Positions 28,429 to 32,011 of a stretch of DNA of 32,011 nucleotides are shown in pieces (the first letter of the stretch is position 1; every line of letters starts with the position of its first letter). Origin of the DNA: Nitrososphaeraceae archaeon (GTDB taxonomy: Archaea > Thermoproteota > Nitrososphaeria > Nitrososphaerales > Nitrososphaeraceae). Where the stretch lies: positions 1 through 32,011 of the forward strand of contig JBIOZG010000004.1 of assembly GCA_044870765.1 (NCBI GenBank), in the 5' to 3' direction. Position numbers and translations under genes: made by a program. The notes under the pieces are model-generated. The model worked only from the letters and a program-made list of their open reading frames with translations. It had not been told where the DNA came from and searched no databases.

Positions 28429-28914
28429 TTACTCGGAAGCGGCATTGCTCTTAGCCAGTTTCGTGCATAGGTCCAGATGTCGTTTTTCTTCTTTGAGTAT
28501 GGCTCTAACTTTTGTTCCAAACTTCTTGTTTTTTACATCCTTTGCTACAGATACCAAAACTTCATAATGCGTTACTTCTCCTCCTTCTGCTAGACATAAA
28601 AATTCCAACGCTTCTTGAGTATCAGGATCTTCTCCCAAATACGTTTCCATTATTTTTGAGCCTTTCTCAGCTGTTTCTGCTGCCTTTTCTTCTATAGTAG
28701 AAGTGTCAAATCCATCACTGTCTGCGAGTTCTTGGACCAATTGTTGCATTTCTTCCTCTTGATCACTTGCCTCTTCTCTCATATTCGCTAGTTTTTTCAT
28801 ATGTTCGGGTTTTAACAGTCCTCTTGAATCCAAATCTTCTACAGCCTTCTGTGCTGCTTTTTCCAATCCCAAGGCTTCACCTATCTTTTCTTGTATCATT
28901 TCTTGATCTGCCAT
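28429..28914 (-). CDS. Ferritin-like four-helix di-metal protein (DUF892/YciE-like)
   Basis: LGLEKAA, AEGGEVTHYEVL and EEKRH carboxylate/His motifs; ATG at 28914 preferred. Confidence 0.8.
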   Translation of the reverse strand: MADQEMIQEKIGEALGLEKAAQKAVEDLDSRGLLKPEHMKKLANMREEASDQEEEMQQLVQELADSDGFDTSTIEEKAAETAEKGSKIMETYLGEDPDTQEALEFLCLAEGGEVTHYEVLVSVAKDVKNKKFGTKVRAILKEEKRHLDLCTKLAKSNAASE

Positions 28915-28976
28915 ATACAAAGACAGAATGTACATTATCTCTTAATACCGATATTTGCCAGAGTTAGCAAAAGCAA

Positions 28977-29152
28977 CTAGTTCCTTGACTTCGTTTTCCC
29001 TTTCAAATTTTTATCAAGACTGCGATCATATTCCTGAGATGCGTCTGGCATTTGCGGGATATCAAATCCTTCCAGAAGACCATCCAATGCGTCTAATTCG
29101 CCATCGCCAAATGGAAATGAACCTACGAATATTTCGGAGAGACCGGATGCAC
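28977..29152 (-). pseudogene. Possible small acidic protein with 1-nt deletion
   Basis: GTG 29152 MHPVSPKY… then another frame VGSFPFGDGELDALDGLLEGFDIPQMPDASQEYDRSLDKNLKGKTKSRN*; TTTTATAA about 21 nt upstream. Confidence 0.35.
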
Positions 29153-29514
29153 GAAATTTTTGGACTATACGGTTATAAAATTTTAAATTTATGTTTCATC
29201 ATCTCCCTTGATGAGTTCGTTTCTAAAAATGGATACTTGGAGAAAACGGCCTAAATGACATACTGCTTGAGAACACTTTGTATTACAAGCGCGAATGAAG
29301 CACTATACCTAGATCTGATTCGGACCCTTTCCACTTAACATTTTAATTCTAAACAAATGACAAATGGCATTCGCATTTCTGACAGGTATGCCTAGGATTC
29401 GTACGCTTCTTATAATATCTATACTACGAATGTAGGTCCTTTAGGTAACCACAATACAAACCCACTTTGGCTTCACTTGGGTAAACAAATAGAAGTCAAA
29501 AAACTTGTATTTCT

Positions 29515-30123
29515 TTAATCAATTCTTATAGATTTACTTTTTGCCTTGTCCTTTGACTTCTTGTTAAAAGTTATTTCAAGCAATCCATTGATAAAAGTGG
29601 ATTTAACACTATCAATATCTACTTCAGCGGGCAAATCGATAACCTCATGATATTTCCTTTTTGGGTCTTCTGTTTTTATGTCCACCTGACTGTCATTCGC
29701 ATCTATCTTAATTTGTTCCTTAGAAACGCCTGGTAGTTCTACTGCAACTTTTACCTCTTTATCAGTAGTAGAAACCTCGGACAATGGCTGTCGTTCTGTC
29801 AAAATATTTGGTCTTGACCCTGATCTCATTCTAGGCTTGACGTTTCCGAACTCCCTTACGATCGGCTTCCCATCGGCCCCTATTGTAGTTGTAGAACCAT
29901 ACACTAAGGGACCAATTTCCCTAACTTTGGCGCCGTCTTCTGTCACATATTCCCTTATCAAATCTTTAGGTACTTTATTCTCAATATCTCTAAGATTTTC
30001 TTCAAATTCTCTTTCCATTTCTCTTCTCATTTCGTCAAATCCTTCAAATAGACTGTTCCTTCTACCAAAAGGTCTATTACCTCCGAAGAATCGATTAAAC
30101 CAGTCGAAAGGTTCGATACTCAT
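29515..30123 (-). CDS. hsp20: Archaeal small heat-shock protein Hsp20
   Basis: GPLVYG…G.DGKPIVREFGN archaeal insert; VAVELPGVSKEQI…NGLLEITF alpha-crystallin domain. Confidence 0.93.
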   Translation of the reverse strand: MSIEPFDWFNRFFGGNRPFGRRNSLFEGFDEMRREMEREFEENLRDIENKVPKDLIREYVTEDGAKVREIGPLVYGSTTTIGADGKPIVREFGNVKPRMRSGSRPNILTERQPLSEVSTTDKEVKVAVELPGVSKEQIKIDANDSQVDIKTEDPKRKYHEVIDLPAEVDIDSVKSTFINGLLEITFNKKSKDKAKSKSIRID

Positions 30124-30506
30124 AATTATTTTTAGACATTATTATATTTAAAAATTAAATTGTCACTTATAAGATGGCAGAAAAAGAAAGGACAATATCG
30201 CACGGGCAGTACACCGACGTATTATAAATCAGAATTACTGGACAAACAGTTCCTCTTATCTAATTGCAATTCGAAAGAAACAAGTGAAAAATATTCAGCA
30301 AAGGTCGGACAGGAACGACAGAAAGATCCTTTATGTTCTCTTATTCAAAGCTGTATAACTCTGCGGGTAGCAATGCTGCAGACTTGTATTGATTCATCCG
30401 ATCCTTATCTCAATTATTTTGAACATTCCCGCACAACTTGAGAAACTAAGAAAATTCGTTGGGGGTAAAAAGTAAATTTTTATTTGTAAAGTAATTCTGA
30501 TAGAAT

Positions 30507-30623
30507 ATGGCCATGCAAGACGTTTGCACTCATTGCCATCATAAAAGAGAAAACATGTGCCAGATTTGCCTGACGGGAGGAGTTCCTGATTGCAATTGTC
30601 ACCGATTTGAAAATAAAAAATAA
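30507..30623 (+). CDS. 38-aa Cys/His-rich metal-binding microprotein
   Basis: MAMQDVCTHCHHKRENMCQICLTGGVPDCNCHRFENKK*; below ORF-track cutoff; resembles the neighbour at 30716. Confidence 0.6.
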   Translation: MAMQDVCTHCHHKRENMCQICLTGGVPDCNCHRFENKK

Positions 30624-30715
30624 TTGAAGTCTCTAAAGTGAAGACTAAGTTGAAGTGGCACAGTAAATTGTTCAACACTTTGAACTGTTATAAGTTAATT
30701 TGGCCTGTACATGTC

Positions 30716-30853
30716 ATGCAGTTACATGACATCTGCCTTAGTTGTGGGCACAGAAAAGATGAACATACTCCGGATGGTTCTAGGTGTCAAAACGAATATT
30801 GCCCTTGTTTGCGATTTAGGACAACACTCTTGCAATATGGCTCGGGCTCATAA
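30716..30853 (+). CDS. 45-aa Cys/His-rich metal-binding microprotein
   Basis: MQLHDICLSCGHRKDEHTPDGSRCQNEYCPCLRF…; TTATAAG about 22 nt before ATG (leaderless geometry). Confidence 0.7.
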   Translation: MQLHDICLSCGHRKDEHTPDGSRCQNEYCPCLRFRTTLLQYGSGS

Positions 30854-31425
30854 GTTTCAAATCTGATGATTATCGATTCGATACCAACTTGACATAACCT
30901 CAAAAAGTAAATTTTTTATTGTTTTTTTATTAAATGGCGTCCTATCTAATCGCCGTATGAAAAAACATAATTAATGCACAGAATGTTTAAGGTCCTGTAT
31001 AGTTCCGTAGGTGGGATGATTCTGCCCATGGTGAAATCAATAATCTCCGTTTGTACATAAGAAATTATAATGCCAGCAGGTCAATATTCTAAACAGCTAG
31101 AAAGTAAAATAAGTGTGAAAAAACGTTTTAGAATATTTCAGGGTGATGTATTCTTTAAGTTACAAAATTAGTCGAACAGGGCTCAGATAAGAGATCTCCG
31201 AATGAAGTAACTTAGGTTTTAATATATCAACCTTGGTAATACCTCAAGTCCATCATTCTTTATTTTGGCCTGTTTCTTTTCAAATCACAGGAATTTAATG
31301 CTGAACCTAAAACTTTTGTAGTTCTCAAAGGAATTTCCAGTGGACCTAGAAGGACAATTTCGGATTGGATATTCTTTCAAATTTGAGGTAACGAAATTAA
31401 AAGAATGTAAAAAATAATATTGTGG

Positions 31426-31657
31426 CTAATCGTGCTTGTATGCCTTGGCCTCATCTTTACTAACTTCAAACCATAGTTTATCTTCCTCGAATCTTAGAGC
31501 CTTGCTTCTAGGTAGATAAAACTTATCTTTATCAACAACTCCTTTCTTTGTTATAACAATATCTTCATTTACTTCTTGAACCTCACCCAAATCGTAGTCG
31601 TCCAGTCCCCTTGCTTCTTTTTTTTATGACCTTTTTCCAGTCTATTATTTCATTCAT
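31426..31657 (-). pseudogene. 76-aa small beta-rich (PRC-barrel-like) protein interrupted by +1 A in an A8 run
   Basis: With A7 instead of A8 at 31618-31625: MNEIIDWKKVIKKEARGLDDYDLGEVQEVNEDIVITKKGVVDKDKFYLPRSKALRFEEDKLWFEVSKDEAKAYKHD*. Confidence 0.7.
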
Positions 31658-32011
31658 ATAGAATTGGTATAGCAACATTTGATTTAACGATTGGATCCTG
31701 CAAACAGTTAAAAAATTAAATCGATTATCCGATCCGATCCTTATGTCTATTATTTTTGAATATTAAGCAACTAGTTATGTTAAGAAACTCTGTTGAGATT
31801 AAAGAGTAGATTTTTTATTTTAAGGAATAGAACAATTGTGCGATATTTTTTATAAGGATTATATCATAAATGAAACTATTCAATCATCCAATTTATATTA
31901 TGGAATTTGCTTCATCGGTCTTTGAACGCTAAATTTTACTTGAATGCCTTGAAGCGTCAGGTGATCGTAACGTATAAAAAATATGGATATATTGCGGCGT
32001 TTCGCTTAATC

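Noticed and set aside
28955-29254. 99-aa plus-strand ORF
   Set aside because: Unnatural composition; the opposite strand carries the more protein-like frame
30160-30678. ORFs 30160-30441 (+) and 30394-30678 (-)
   Set aside because: No motifs; the second is antisense to the Cys/His microprotein at 30507

Overview
AT-rich archaeal chromosomal window. Gene content, TATA-box/leaderless gene starts and small-protein types point to soil ammonia-oxidising archaea (Nitrososphaeraceae-like); this is an inference. No rRNA, intact tRNA, CRISPR array, transposase or integrase is visible. It is an accessory stress/detoxification region. It holds an ion-homeostasis cluster (Fluc/CrcB with a clear fluoride riboswitch, CPA2 antiporter, CLC-CBS), an arsM-arsC-aquaporin operon facing a Cys-rich HxlR regulator, and two tandem Rieske-fusion redox genes. 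Further genes are CBS, RibD-C/DHFR-like, PPOX-F420, cNMP-TrxR-like, MFS, CHAD and HtrA, followed by a stress block (pseudo-receiver, hydrophilic protein, MscS-like, ferritin-like, Hsp20). The most striking unannotated signals are non-coding or very small: (1) a ~115-nt GC-rich three-way-junction RNA with a 7-bp kissing loop and its own TATA box (10208-10322, minus); (2) a dispersed family of tRNA-T-arm-like hairpin repeats behind genes; (3) two hairpins sharing TACTGGTGGG/CCCACCAGTA arms; (4) several Cys/His microproteins below the ORF-track cutoff; (5) many single-base indels confined to short genes or gene starts.
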